Notes: a model not told the origin generated them from the sequence alone. DNA of 64,000 nucleotides from an uncultured delta proteobacterium (GCA_963801625.1 CAWDFQ010000010.1:422245-486244); one strand, 5' to 3'; counted from the first letter of the stretch, positions 10,463 through 21,180 are shown. Translations and numbers: made by a program.

Positions 10463-11494
10463 TCAGACGTTGAAGCGGAAGTTCACCACGTCGCCGTCCT
10501 GGATGACGTACGACTTGCCTTCGACGCGCAGCTTGCCGGCGTCGCGACACCTGGATTCCGAGCCGAGTTCGACGAGGTCCTGCCACGCCACCACTTCGGC
10601 GCGGATGAAGCCGCGCTCGATGTCGGAGTGGATCTTGCCGGCTGCGCGCGGCGCGGGCGTACCGCGCGGCACGGGCCAGGCGCGGCACTCGTCAGGGCCG
10701 GCGGTGAGCATCGAGATCAGGTCGAGCAGCTCGTAGGCGGCGCGGATGAAGCGGTTCTTCGCGGGCTCGCTGAGATCGAGCGAGGCGAGGAAGTCGGTCT
10801 GCTCGGACTCCGCCATCTGCGCGATGTCCATCTCGACGGCCCCCGAGAGCACGACGAGCCCCAGCCCGCGCGCGCGCGCCGCCGCGACGACGCCTTCCGC
10901 GGGCGGCTTCGAGACGTCGCCCTCGCCGACGTTGAGCACCAGCAGCAGCGGCTTCTGCGTTAGAAATGTGTAGCCCGCGATCGCCTTGCGCTCTTCGGGC
11001 GAGAGCTCTAGTTCGCGGATCGCCTGCTCCGACTCGAGCGCGTCCTTCAGACGCTCGAGCAGCGGCAGCTCGACCTTGCCGGCCGGATCCTTCGCGAGCT
11101 TCTTCATGCGCGACTCGATGATCTCGAGGTCGGCGAGGATCGTCTCGGTCGCGAGTCCCGTGATCTCAGCGAGCGCGTCGGGCGCCTCGCCCGCTGCGTC
11201 CGGGAAGGCGCGCACCACCTGGCAGAGCGCGTCGAGCGGGCGCATTGCGTTCAGCACGCCGCGGTCGACCCCTTCGCCGTGACCGCCCGCGAGATCGGTG
11301 AACGCGATCTCGGCGTAGGTCTTCTTCTTCGGGCTGTACAGCTTCGCGAGCGCATCGACGCGCACGTCGGGCACCTTCACCACACCGATGCGGGCCTTGT
11401 CGCCCACGCCGCGCGTCTCGACCGGCAGGCCGGTGAGCGCGCCGAACACGGTGCTCTTGCCCGCCCCGGGATAGCCGACGAGTCCGATCTTCAT
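10463..11494 (-). CDS. ychF: YchF-type (Obg family) ribosome-binding ATPase
   Basis: Intact 343-aa ORF. P-loop GYPGAGKST. The C-terminal TGS-like end is [18 protein letters not shown]...[10 protein letters not shown]. Confidence 0.85.
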   Translation of the reverse strand: MKIGLVGYPGAGKSTVFGALTGLPVETRGVGDKARIGVVKVPDVRVDALAKLYSPKKKTYAEIAFTDLAGGHGEGVDRGVLNAMRPLDALCQVVRAFPDAAGEAPDALAEITGLATETILADLEIIESRMKKLAKDPAGKVELPLLERLKDALESEQAIRELELSPEERKAIAGYTFLTQKPLLLVLNVGEGDVSKPPAEGVVAAARARGLGLVVLSGAVEMDIAQMAESEQTDFLASLDLSEPAKNRFIRAAYELLDLISMLTAGPDECRAWPVPRGTPAPRAAGKIHSDIERGFIRAEVVAWQDLVELGSESRCRDAGKLRVEGKSYVIQDGDVVNFRFNV

Positions 11495-11506
11495 GGGGCG
11501 CGGAAC

Positions 11507-12694
11507 CTAACGTTTCGGCCAGAAGCGGCCCACGCTCTCGAAGCGCTCCCAGAGTCCGGGCAGCGCCCCGCTCTCGTGATTCGCGGCGTGGGCGGCCCAG
11601 CCCGCGAGGAAGCCGGCGGCGCCCAGCAGATCGGGGCTCGCGCCGAGCTCTTTCGCGAGCTGTCCGGCGACGCGCTAGGCGACGAGCGCGTCGTTGGCGA
11701 TGCCCATTGCGTCCTACAGCGCGGCGAGACGGCGCGCGTAGCGATTCGCCTGCTTTCCGGGAAACAGGCTCGACGTGAATTCCGCCGCGTAACGCAGCTT
11801 CTTCAGCTGGATGCGGAGCTGGTGGCGCCGCTCGGGCGGCGCCGCTGCCAGATGGCGCGCGAGCGCGACGTCGCCGGCGCGCGCGCACAGCGCCGACGCG
11901 AGCCACTCGCCGGCGAAGACGTCGAGGTCGCGCGGGACCGAGCGGCGGTACCGAGCCAGACGAGCGGCTCGCGCAACGCCAACCGCTGTCGCTCGGGCAG
12001 CACCGGTCCTCAGAACGCCAGCGCCGAACCCAGTCGCCGCGCGCCGACGCGCAACTGGTGGACGCCTTCGGGATCGACGCCGAGAACGGCCGCGTCTTCG
12101 TTGTCGCCGATCTGACGCAGACAGCCGGAAACCACGGCGACGATCAGCTCTTCGAGCGTCGAGTCGGTCGACACTTCGACGGCGTCGGCCCTGCGTGGCC
12201 GGGCGCCGTCGCCGAGCAGGAGTGCGCGCTCGGCCGGGTGCGCTGCGACCGGCCGCAGCGGCAGCGCTTCGAGCAGTTCGAGCGCGAGCTGCGCGGGATA
12301 GCCGGGATCGCCGGCGCGCGCCGGCGAGGTGCAGACGGGAACGGGCCGCGCCGTGCGCAGCTCGCCCCTTCGAGCGCGAAGCCGATCTCGTTGTCGTCCT
12401 CGCGACAGGCGCGTCTCGCGCGCGATCTCCACTCGAAGGCGGGCGCGAGCGGCGCCGCGACGCGGCACGACCAGCGCCCGCAGCTCCGGTCGGAATGCGC
12501 GCGAGATCGGCGCGTCGCTCGCGAGCACGTGTCGCCGGCGCGGCGCGCACGCGGGCGCGCGTCGCAGTCGCGAGACGGTCGCACGCCACGCGCCGCGCGT
12601 CGCACGGCAAGTGCGAGCGTCGGCGCGCGCGGCGCGAGATCGGGCGTGTCGCAGTGGACGGCGCGAGCTCGCGGAGCGCGGCGGCGGCGGCCAT
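11507..12694 (-). pseudogene. CYTH + CHAD domain protein, multiple frameshifts and three in-frame stops
   Basis: CHAD-like strings include GVHQLRVGARRLGSALAF, RDLDVFAGEWL and HQLRIQLKKLRYAAEFTSSLF. In-frame TGA at 12010-12012 and TAG at 11714-11716 and about 11675. The start is uncertain. Confidence 0.7.
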
Positions 12695-12824
12695 GGGACG
12701 GTCCCAGTGTGGACTTCTCGCGACCGTTGGGACAGTCCCGGCAGCGAGGTCTGTCCCCCTGATCCACAGCCAGTCCACGAGGAGGACCGTCCCCTTTCTC
12801 CGCCTTACTCCCCGAGTTGCGCGC
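12695..12824 (-). repeat. intergenic repeat family B, copy 2, with four GGGAC(N)GTCCC-like cores
   Basis: gggacggtccc (12695-12705), gggacagtccc (12729-12739), ggtctgtcccc, ggaccgtcccc. The outer 80 bp is an inverted, diverged copy of 2225-2296. Confidence 0.7.
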
Positions 12825-12839
12825 GAATTGCAGGCTAGA

Positions 12840-13475
12840 ATGCCGCGCACGATGGCCGTCGACGCCCCGCCGGAGCTTCCGAGCAAGCGCAACCCGCTGT
12901 TCCGCCATCCGTTTCGGCGCAAGACGCTGAAGCCGCGGACGGGGGTGCTCTATGTGTTGGGAGCCGCGGCGCTCTTCGCAGCGCGGCCCGAACTCCCACT
13001 CTTCCTTCCCGGGCTGGTGTTGGTCGCCGCCGGCCAGTCGCTGCGCCTGTGGGCAACGGGCTACCTGCTCAAGACGGACGAGCTGACGACCGCCGGTCCC
13101 TACGCCCACCTGCGTCACCCGCTCTATGTGGGCTCGCTGCTGATGGGCTGTGGCTTTGCGCTGGTGGCGGGTCGTCTGGTCGCGAGCGTGGTGATTCCCG
13201 CCGGGCTCGTCTTCTACTTCGGCTACTACCTGCGATACAAGGAACGCGTCGAGTCGAAGCGGCTCGAAGACATCTACGGCGACGCGTTCCGCGCCTATCG
13301 CGCCGCGGTGCCCGCGATCTTCGCGCGTCTCTCGCCCTGGCACCCGCAGTCGCAGACCGAGACGCCGCCCTGGCGACTCGAGCGCGTGATCGAGAACGAC
13401 GAGCAGACCGCCTTCGTCTACACGGTCCTCGCGCTCGCGGCCATCGTCGCGATCTGGATCTACCGGGGGATGTAG
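12840..13475 (+). CDS. isoprenylcysteine carboxyl methyltransferase (ICMT/PEMT) family membrane protein
   Basis: MPRTMAVD... with several TM segments. GPYAHLRHPLYVGSLLM is typical of the family. It is in frame with ORF 11811..13475. Confidence 0.75.
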   Translation: MPRTMAVDAPPELPSKRNPLFRHPFRRKTLKPRTGVLYVLGAAALFAARPELPLFLPGLVLVAAGQSLRLWATGYLLKTDELTTAGPYAHLRHPLYVGSLLMGCGFALVAGRLVASVVIPAGLVFYFGYYLRYKERVESKRLEDIYGDAFRAYRAAVPAIFARLSPWHPQSQTETPPWRLERVIENDEQTAFVYTVLALAAIVAIWIYRGM

Positions 13476-13482
13476 CCCGCGC

Positions 13483-13546
13483 GTTGACTTGGGGACGTTC
13501 CTGACTTCGTTGACTTTGTTGAATTCAGGAACGTCCCCAAGTCAAC
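13483..13546. repeat. palindromic repeat family A, copy 1 (perfect 22-bp arms, 20-nt loop)
   Basis: gttgacttggggacgttcctga (13483-13504) and tcaggaacgtccccaagtcaac (13525-13546). The loop carries another gttgactt. It starts 8 nt after the ICMT stop. Confidence 0.9.
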
Positions 13547-13568
13547 ACAGCTGCGCGAGAGAGTTCCC

Positions 13569-14267
13569 ATGAGCGACACACCCGAGTTCGAGATTGTCGC
13601 GTACGAGCCGAGTCCCGTCGGCATGATCTGCCTGCGGCGACGCGCGTCGAGCGCCGAGCCGGGCGGTTTCGTCACCGAGATCACGCTCGATCACCGCTTC
13701 CTGATGAGCAGCGCCGTCACCGACTCGGAGCGGGCGCTCACGTTCCACGCGCTCGCGATACACGACGGGCGCGAGCTGCAGGTGCTCGTCGGCGGGCTCG
13801 GTCTCGGCTACACGGCGCGCGAAGCGCTGCGATCGGAGCGCGTCGCGCGCGTCGACGTCGTCGAGTTCCTGCCGCCGGTGATCGACTGGCTCAGCCGCGG
13901 TCTGGTGCCGCTCGCCACCGAGTTGCAGGCAGATCCGCGCTTCGCCGTGATCGAGGGCGACGTCTATCAGCGACTCGCGAGTCCTCCCGCACGGCGTTAC
14001 GACATGATCCTAGTCGACGTCGACAACTCCCCCGACGAGCAACTCGGCAACGCGAACGCCTCGTTCTACACCGAAGCGGGGTTGATGCTGGCGAAGCGCC
14101 ACCTCGCCGACGCCGGCGTGCTCGGCGTGTGGTCGTACGCCGACAGCGCGACCTTCGAGCGCGAACTCCGCCGCGTCTTCCGCGAAGTCCGCGTCGAGCC
14201 AGTGCAATTCTCGAACGGCGTAGTCGGCGAAACCGAGACGAACTGGCTGTTCTTCGCGCGGGGATGA
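13569..14267 (+). CDS. spermidine synthase-like methyltransferase family protein
   Basis: Intact 232-aa ORF. VLVGGLGLGYTAREAL and MILVDVDNSPDE are reminiscent of the SpeE-like fold. Confidence 0.6.
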   Translation: MSDTPEFEIVAYEPSPVGMICLRRRASSAEPGGFVTEITLDHRFLMSSAVTDSERALTFHALAIHDGRELQVLVGGLGLGYTAREALRSERVARVDVVEFLPPVIDWLSRGLVPLATELQADPRFAVIEGDVYQRLASPPARRYDMILVDVDNSPDEQLGNANASFYTEAGLMLAKRHLADAGVLGVWSYADSATFERELRRVFREVRVEPVQFSNGVVGETETNWLFFARG

Positions 14268-14343
14268 AGGCGCGCACTTGCATTCGCAACCCGTTGCCCC
14301 GCCCGATGCCTGTATGCGGGCCGCAACCTGCGGAGGGGAAACC

Positions 14344-16348
14344 GTGAAGACTCGATGCGCGGTTCTGCTCGCCTCACTCGCCTCGATGCTGCCGTCCGGA
14401 TGCAACGTGGAGATGGAGCACATGGCGCAGCCGACCGCCGCCGATGCCGGCGCCGGCGCGCAGGGGAACACCGCGCCGACGCGCTTCACCGAGGCGGCGA
14501 ACGCCGCCGTCGCGAAGGCGCTGCCGCTCGCCGACCCACAGGACTTCGAGGACGCGCAGCGCGGATTCGTGGCGAGCGATCCAGACTTCGTCGTGAAGAA
14601 CGCCACGGGCGACACGATCTCGGAAGCTCGCGCGTACGCCTTCGTCACGGGCGACGCGCCGTCGAGCGTGAACCCGAGCCTCTGGCGCCAGGCGAAGCTC
14701 AACAGTGTCCACGGTCTCTTCCAGGTGACCGACGGCGTCTACCAGGTGCGCGGCTACGACGTCGCGAACATGAGCTTGATCCGCGGCAGCAGCGGGTGGA
14801 TCGTCGTCGACCCGCTCACCGCGAGCGAAACCGCGGCGGCGGCGCTCGCGCTCGCACGAAAACATCTCGGCGACGCGCCGATCGTCGCGGTGATCTTCAC
14901 GCACAGCCACCTCGACCATTTCGGTGGCATCGCGGGCGTATTGCCGGAGGAGGATGCGCAACGCGGCATCCGCATCATCGCGCCGCGTAGCTTTGTCGAG
15001 GAAGCGACCAGCGAGAACGTGCTCGCGGGTGTCGCGATGGGGCGTCGCGCGAGCTTCATGTACGGGATGCCGCTCGAGCGCTCGCCGCGGGGCCATGTCG
15101 ACACGGGCCTCGGCAAGGCGCCCGTGCGCGGCACCTTCGGAATTCTCGAAGCCCACCGAAGTCGTCGATACGACCGGGCAGGAGCTCACGATCGACGGGG
15201 TCCGCTTCGTGTTCCAGTTCGTCCCGCACTCGGAGGCACCCACCGAGCTGACCTTCTACCTGCCGGAGCACAAGGCCTGGTGTGGCGCCGAGATCGTGTC
15301 GCACACGCTGCACAACCTGTACACGCTGCGTGGCGCCAAGGTGCGCGACGCGCTCGCATGGAGCGGCTACATCGACGAGGCGATCGAGCGCTTCGGCGAT
15401 GCCGAGGTGGTGTTCGCGAGTCACCACTGGCCGGTCACCGGCAACGCGCGCGTACTCGACTATCTGGAGAAGCAGCGCGACCTGTATCGCTTCCTCCACG
15501 ATCAGACGCTGCGCCTCGCGAACGCGGGCCTCGGACCCGCGGAGATCGCGGAGGCGGTCGAGTTGCCATCCACGTTGCGCACGGCGTTCGCAAACCGCGA
15601 CTACTACGGCACGGTGAGCCACAACACGAAGGCGGTGTACCAGGCGTACTTCGGCTGGTATGACGGCAATCCTGCGAACCTGAATCCGCTGCCGCCCGCC
15701 GAAGCGGCCACGCACTACGTCGAGGCAATGGGCGGCGCCGGCGAAGTGCTCCGCAAGGGCCGCGAAGCAGCCGCGCGTGGCGAGTATCGCTGGGCCGCGA
15801 TGCTGCTCAACCAACTCGTGTTCGCCAATCCCGCGAACGACGATGCGCGCGAAGCGCTTGCAGGCGTCTACGACCAGCTCGGCTACCAGGCCGAGTCGGG
15901 TCCCTGGCGCGACGTCTACCTGACAGGCGCGCTGGAACTGCGCCGCGGCGTGCAAGGCGGAGGCCCGAAGATCGCCGCCGCGGCGGGCTTGCTGAGCCAT
16001 CTGCCGGCGGGCGAGTTCTTCGACTCGCTGGCGACCCGGCTCGACGCCGCCAAAGCCGACGGCAAGCAGGTCGCGATCAACTTCATCTTCAGCGACCTCG
16101 GCGAGACGCATGTGGTGACGATCGAGAACGCCGTGCTGCACCACCACCAACGCGACGCCGATCCCGCCGCCGCCGCGACGGTGCGTCTCACGCGCGACTT
16201 CCTGGTGCAGCTGGCGACCGGCCAGGCCGGCCTGCGCGAGATGATCTTCTCGGACGATCTCGCCGTCACGGGCAGCCGCCTCGAACTGCTCTCGTTCTTC
16301 TCGCTCTTCGACAAGGGCGAAGACCGCTTCCCGATCGTGACGCCGTAG
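14344..16348 (+). CDS. alkyl/aryl-sulfatase (metallo-beta-lactamase fold, SdsA1/YjcS-like); one frameshift near 15148
   Basis: GTG start after the ggagggg RBS, with a lipoprotein-like N-terminus. FTHSHLDHFGG metal motif. The C-terminal dimerisation and SCP2-like part lies in ORF 14924..16348. The junction reads GTFGIL / KPTEVVDTTGQ. Confidence 0.8.
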
Positions 16349-16446
16349 CCTGATGAGGTCTCGCCGCTCGCCTGCGGCTCGCTACGCGGGAAACGGGCGA
16401 TCTGAGCGTCGAACGGGGCGGCGGCGCGTCGTGCGCGGCTGATGGG

Positions 16447-17244
16447 TCAGCGCTCCTCTTTCTCTTCCTCGTCCCACGCTTCGGTGACGAGGTCGAGCGT
16501 CGGAAGCGGATCCTGCGCGGCGAAACGCGACGGCGCGAGCCAGCTGCGGACCCGGTAGTCGAGGATCAGCTGGATCATCCGCAGGCCCACGCGCACGGCC
16601 ACCCGGGTGTTGCCGGTGACGGACGAGGTGCCGACGCGCTTGCTGTAGTTCACCGGGATCTGGATGATCTTCCGCTTCATCAGGATGCTGAGCACCATCA
16701 TCTCGGGACCGAAGAAGGACCCGTCCACGGTGAAGAACGGCTCGAGCCGGCGCAGCACGTCGCGACGCACGCAGCGAACGGTGCAGCCGACGTCCGTCAG
16801 CGACGTCGTGTTGAACAGGAACTCCATCCGCTTCGCGACGCTGTAGTTGCCCCACTTGAGGAAGAGCCCCATGTTGGCGCCACGCCAGATCAACTCTTTC
16901 ACGGTGCGGCTGCCGTACACGACTTCGAAGTCTTCGAGTAGGCGAGCAGCTTGCGCACGTCGCGGGCGTAGAAGGTGCCGTCGGGTTCCGAGACCGACGA
17001 TCAGGTCGCCGTCGGCTTCGCGGAAGCCGCGCCGGATCGCCGCTCCGTAGCCCTGGATCGGCTCGTGCACCTCGCGCGCGCTCGTCCTCGCAACTTCCTC
17101 GCTGGTGCCCGGCGCCGCGTTGTTGTTGACGACGAGGATCTCGTCGACGACGCCGGTCGCCTCGAACTCCTGGATGCAGCGGCGGATCGAGTCCTTCTCG
17201 TTGTAGGTCGGCAGGACCACCGAGACGCGCTTGCCGCACCACAT
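16447..17244 (-). CDS. family 2 glycosyltransferase (Dpm1/GtrB-like)
   Basis: VSVVLPTYNEKDSI. The ORF is open throughout. However, about 20 codons (16936-16996) read GLGTRRHLLRPRRAQAARLL where the +1 frame reads the family-typical SEPDGTFYARDVRKLLAY. This is a compensated +1/-1 pair. Confidence 0.8.
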   Translation of the reverse strand: MWCGKRVSVVLPTYNEKDSIRRCIQEFEATGVVDEILVVNNNAAPGTSEEVARTSAREVHEPIQGYGAAIRRGFREADGDLIVGLGTRRHLLRPRRAQAARLLEDFEVVYGSRTVKELIWRGANMGLFLKWGNYSVAKRMEFLFNTTSLTDVGCTVRCVRRDVLRRLEPFFTVDGSFFGPEMMVLSILMKRKIIQIPVNYSKRVGTSSVTGNTRVAVRVGLRMIQLILDYRVRSWLAPSRFAAQDPLPTLDLVTEAWDEEEKEER

Positions 17245-19132
17245 CAGCGCAGGCTCTGCCGCGCGGCGACGATCTCGGGCGCGCAGGAACGGGAAGCGCT
17301 TCTCGTAGATACGCCGTGATCATCCCGGCGTTGCGCGCGAGCTGGACGGGGTCGCGGCCCGGAGCGCGCCACGTACTCCAGGAAGTAGGCCCACGAGCTT
17401 GCGCACGAGCCGCTCGCGATCGGCTTCCGGCGCGCGCTCCGACAACTGGAGATTCAGCTCGGCGAGGAGGAAGGCGCTGGCGCGATTCGGGCGCGATCGC
17501 GTGGGCGGTCTCGTAGTGCGCGAGCTGCGCCGTCGAGCGATTCGCCGAGCAGCGCGCCGCTGCGCCCGAGCAGCGTGTGCAGGCGCGACACCTGGAGCGG
17601 CTCGGAGGTCGCGTAGCCGGCGGGTCACGCGACCGAGTGCGCGATCGCGCGCGAGGCCGCGCTCGATCTCGCTGCGCGCCTGCCCCGCGAGTTCGCGCCG
17701 CCGCGCCGGATCGGGCTCCTTCTCGGCGCGCTTCACGGTCGCCGTCGCGACCGACTGGAGCGCGAGCAGCGACGGCTCGTCGAGCGCCGCCTCGTGCGCC
17801 ACAGCGAAGTCGCTCGTCGCGCCAGACCACCTGGTGGAGAAGCGTCTGCGCGGCGGAGCCGAGCGCGAAGACAGCGCACGCCGCGGCGATCGCGACGACG
17901 AACCGCGCGCGTGCCGCGCGCGGCGAGCTGCGCGAGCAGCAGCGCCGGAACGGCGAGCGCGCAGAACGACGCCAGGTAGATGTATCGATCGGCGCGCCAG
18001 ATGTCGACGTAGACGACGTTCAGGTACGGGAAGAGCAGCGCGAGGAACGCGAGCGAGATAGAAGGCGAGATCGCGGCGGCGCAGGCAGCAGTAGCGACCG
18101 CCGCGACGATCGCGAGCGCGATCGCCATCGCAGCCGAGCTTCTCCGCGGCCGCTGAGCGCGAATCTCGACGTGCGGCCAGCGGTAGAAGACCGAGAGCTG
18201 CGCCGGCCAGACGAGCGAGCCGAGTAGCCGCCGATCACCAGCGGCGCGAAGATCGCGACGGTCGCGAGATGCTCGGGATCGAGCGGCCCGCGCCCGCGCC
18301 AGCCGATCACGCCGTACTCGGCGACGGCGCGCCTGATACCAGGCGACGATCGCCACGACGTCAGCGACGGCGTGCGGCAGCACCGGCGGAATCGCGACGC
18401 GCAACGTGCGCAGCACGCCGAGAGCGCGACGTCCGGCGCGCGCCGCCGTCGAGATACGGGCTAGAAGACGCGGTGTAGCGCGAGCAACGCGACGCACGGC
18501 AACGCCGCGATCTTCGCGAGCAGCGCGAGGCAGGTGCAGAGCAGCGTCGCGAGGTAGAGCTGCCGGCGGCGGCTCGCGTCGGGCTCGTCCAACTCGTAGG
18601 ACTGCGCGAGCAGCGCCGCCGAGCACGAAGAAGGCCGAGAGCGTGTCCTTGCGGCCCATCACCCAGGACACCGCCTCGACGTGCACGGGCAGCACGGCGA
18701 AGACGCCGGCGATCCGCGAGCGACAGCCGAAGCGTCGCGTCGCGCGCGCGAGGAACCAGAAGAGCAGCGCGACGTTCGCCGCGTTGAGCAGGACGTTGCC
18801 GAGGTGGTAGCCGACGGGATTCTGGAAGCCGAAGAGCGCGCGTCGAGCGCCCAGGAGACGTCGCGCAGCAGCAGCGGCTCTTCGCGCGGGAAGTACTCGT
18901 AGAAGATCTGGGAGAGGCTCGCGACGAAGGAGGTCTCGTCGTAGAGCTGCGGGATGCGCGAGCAGCACCTGCGGGTCGTCGAAGTTGACGAACTCGAAGC
19001 CGACAGCGCGCGGGCATAGAGCGCGAGGCTCACCACGACGAGCGCGAGCGCGGCGAGCGCCGTCTCGTGACGCACAGCCCAGCTCGAGCCGGAGACCGCT
19101 CGGCTCACCCCGCCTCCTCGCCCGCATGGCAT
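17244..19132 (-). pseudogene. TMTC / GT39-like membrane protein (DUF1736-type) with a C-terminal helical-repeat region, many frameshifts
   Basis: Pieces are spread over three frames. They include ALAALALVVVSLALYARAL, GFEFVNFDDPQVLLAHP, NVLLNAANVALLFWFLARA and AGVFAVLPVHVEAVSWVMGRKDTLSAFFVLGG. The stop overlaps the GT2 start (TGATG at 17242-17246). Confidence 0.6.
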
Positions 19133-19267
19133 GCCCAGGAGGGTTCATCGGCACGCAGCCGCTCCTGCTAAACAGCAGAAACGGCAGCCGTGACGGCGCT
19201 CGGATGCGAAGGCCCGGAGACGTAACCGCCTCCGGGCCTTCCTCGTTCCACTCGATGCTGCGGCCGA

Positions 19268-20464
19268 CTACTGCGGCTTGCGATACACCGCCACGACCGC
19301 CGCACCGCCGAGCCCGATGTTGTGCTGGATCGCCGACCTTCGCGCCCGCGACCTGGCGCTTGTCCGCGGGCCGCGCAGCTGCCAGGTGAGCTCCGCGCAC
19401 TGCGCGAGGCCCGTCGCGCCGAGCGGGTGGCCCTTGCGAGATCAGCCCGCCCGACGGATTCACGACCCACTTGCCGCCGTAGGTCGTGGCGCCCTCGTTC
19501 GACGAGTTCGCCGGCCTTGCCGATCGGGCCAGGCCGAGCGCTTCGTAGGTGATCAGCTCGTTCGCGCTGAAGCAGTCGTGCAGCTCGATGACCTGCGCGT
19601 TCTCCGGGCCGAGGCCCGCCTGCTCGTAGGCCTTGCGCGCCGCGTTCTGCGACATGTCGAAGCCGACCATCTTGATGCAGCTCTTCTCGTCGAAGCTGCT
19701 GGGCAGTGTCGGTCGCCATCGCCATGCCGGCGATCTCGATCGCCTGGCCCATCAGGTTGTGCTTCCGGACGAAGTCCTCGCTCGCGACGATCGCGGCGCC
19801 GGAGCCGTCCGACTGGTCGGGCAGCACTGCAGCTTGGTGAGCGGCTCGTAGACCATCGGTGCGTTCAGGATGTCTTCGAGGCTGTACTCCTGCTGGAACT
19901 GCGAGTACGGGTTGTTCACCGAGTGCTTGTGGTTCTTGTAACCGATCTTCGCGAACACCTCGGGCTTGGTGCCGTACTTCTCCATGTGCTCGCGACCGGC
20001 GTTGCCGAACATCTGCGGCGCGGCGGGCGCCTTCGCGAAGCCGCGCAGCTCGACCATCGTCTTCATGTGCTTGTCGAGCGGAACGGTGCGGTCGGTGTAC
20101 TTGATGCCGAGGGAGCCCTTTTCCATCTTCTCGAAGCCGAGCGCCATCGCGCACTCGACGATGCCGCCCTCGACGAGCTGCTTCGACCATGAAGAGCGCC
20201 GTCGAACCGGTCGAGCAGTTGTTGTTGACGTTGTAGATCGGCACGCCGGTGAGGCCGATCTCGTAGACGGCGCGCTCGCCGCAGGTCGAGTCGCCGTAGC
20301 AGTAGCCGACCGCCACCTGCTCGACGGCGGTCGTACGGAATCTTCGCGTCGGCGAGCGCCTTCTGGCCCGCCTCCTTCGCCATGTCCGGATAGTCCCACT
20401 GCTTCGAGCCGGGCTTCTCGAACTTCGTCATGCCGACGCCAATCACGTAGACCTTGCGACCCAT
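19268..20464 (-). pseudogene. SCP-x / nonspecific lipid-transfer-type thiolase, at least 6 frame changes
   Basis: Pieces lie in all three frames. They include [77 protein letters not shown] and [23 protein letters not shown]. Further pieces are [58 protein letters not shown] and the end [17 protein letters not shown]. Confidence 0.85.
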
Positions 20465-20492
20465 CTTTGCGTTCTCCTTTGGGGGTTTCGTG

Positions 20493-21150
20493 CTAGAGCG
20501 ATGAACCTCGCAGCGCTTGCGCCGCCATCTCCCGCCACAGGTTCTGGAGACGGCGACGCGCGCTGTCGTCGCTGCGCAGGATCTTCTGGAGCGCCATGCC
20601 GCGCGCCATGTGCATGGTGAGTTGCGAGCAGCGCGTCGAAGCGCTCGTGATGGGCGAGGTCGCCGGCCACTTCGCGCCACAGCGACGCGAGTCCGCGCCC
20701 CGCGACGCGCTCGAACTGGTAGAGCGAGCGGTGCAGCTCGGCGTCGGTGCGCGCCGCCACCCAGAGTTCGAGCGCGGCGTCGAAGAGGGGACCGCCGAAG
20801 GCGTCCGTCACGAGGTCGAGCAGCGCGTCGAGTCGATCGGCGCCGTTCGCGTCCGGCACGGCTTCGGCCCGCCGGCGCAGTTCCGCCGCGCGGCGCGCGG
20901 CCAGATGCGCGACGGCCGCGACGACGAGGTCCTGCTTGCGCGGGAAGTGGTGCACCTGCGCGCCGCGCGAGACGCCGGCGCGCTCGCAGACCGCGGTGGT
21001 GGTGGTGCTCGCGTAGCCGACCTCGACCAGCGAGGCGATCGTCGCGTCGAGCAGCCGTGCGCGCGTCTCGGCGCTGCGCTCTTCCTGGGTGCGCCGCGGT
21101 CGCGCGTCGCGCACCGCGAGGGGGGCGGTGGAGCTGGGGGTCTCCGACAT
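20493..21150 (-). CDS. TetR family transcriptional regulator; last 40 or so codons in another frame
   Basis: HTH region [45 protein letters not shown]. The shifted tail reads [36 protein letters not shown]... The stop lies 28 nt upstream of the thiolase start. Confidence 0.8.
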
Positions 21151-21180
21151 CGGGACCCGCACGCTAGCCGCGAGAAACAA

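Noticed and set aside
11660-11720. In-frame TAG codons as pyrrolysine or reassigned sense codons
   Set aside because: The same gene also has an in-frame TGA and several frameshifts, and I saw no Pyl-type context. Other genes here terminate normally at TAG (for example P450 and the RNB and LOG genes). A pseudogene is the simpler reading.
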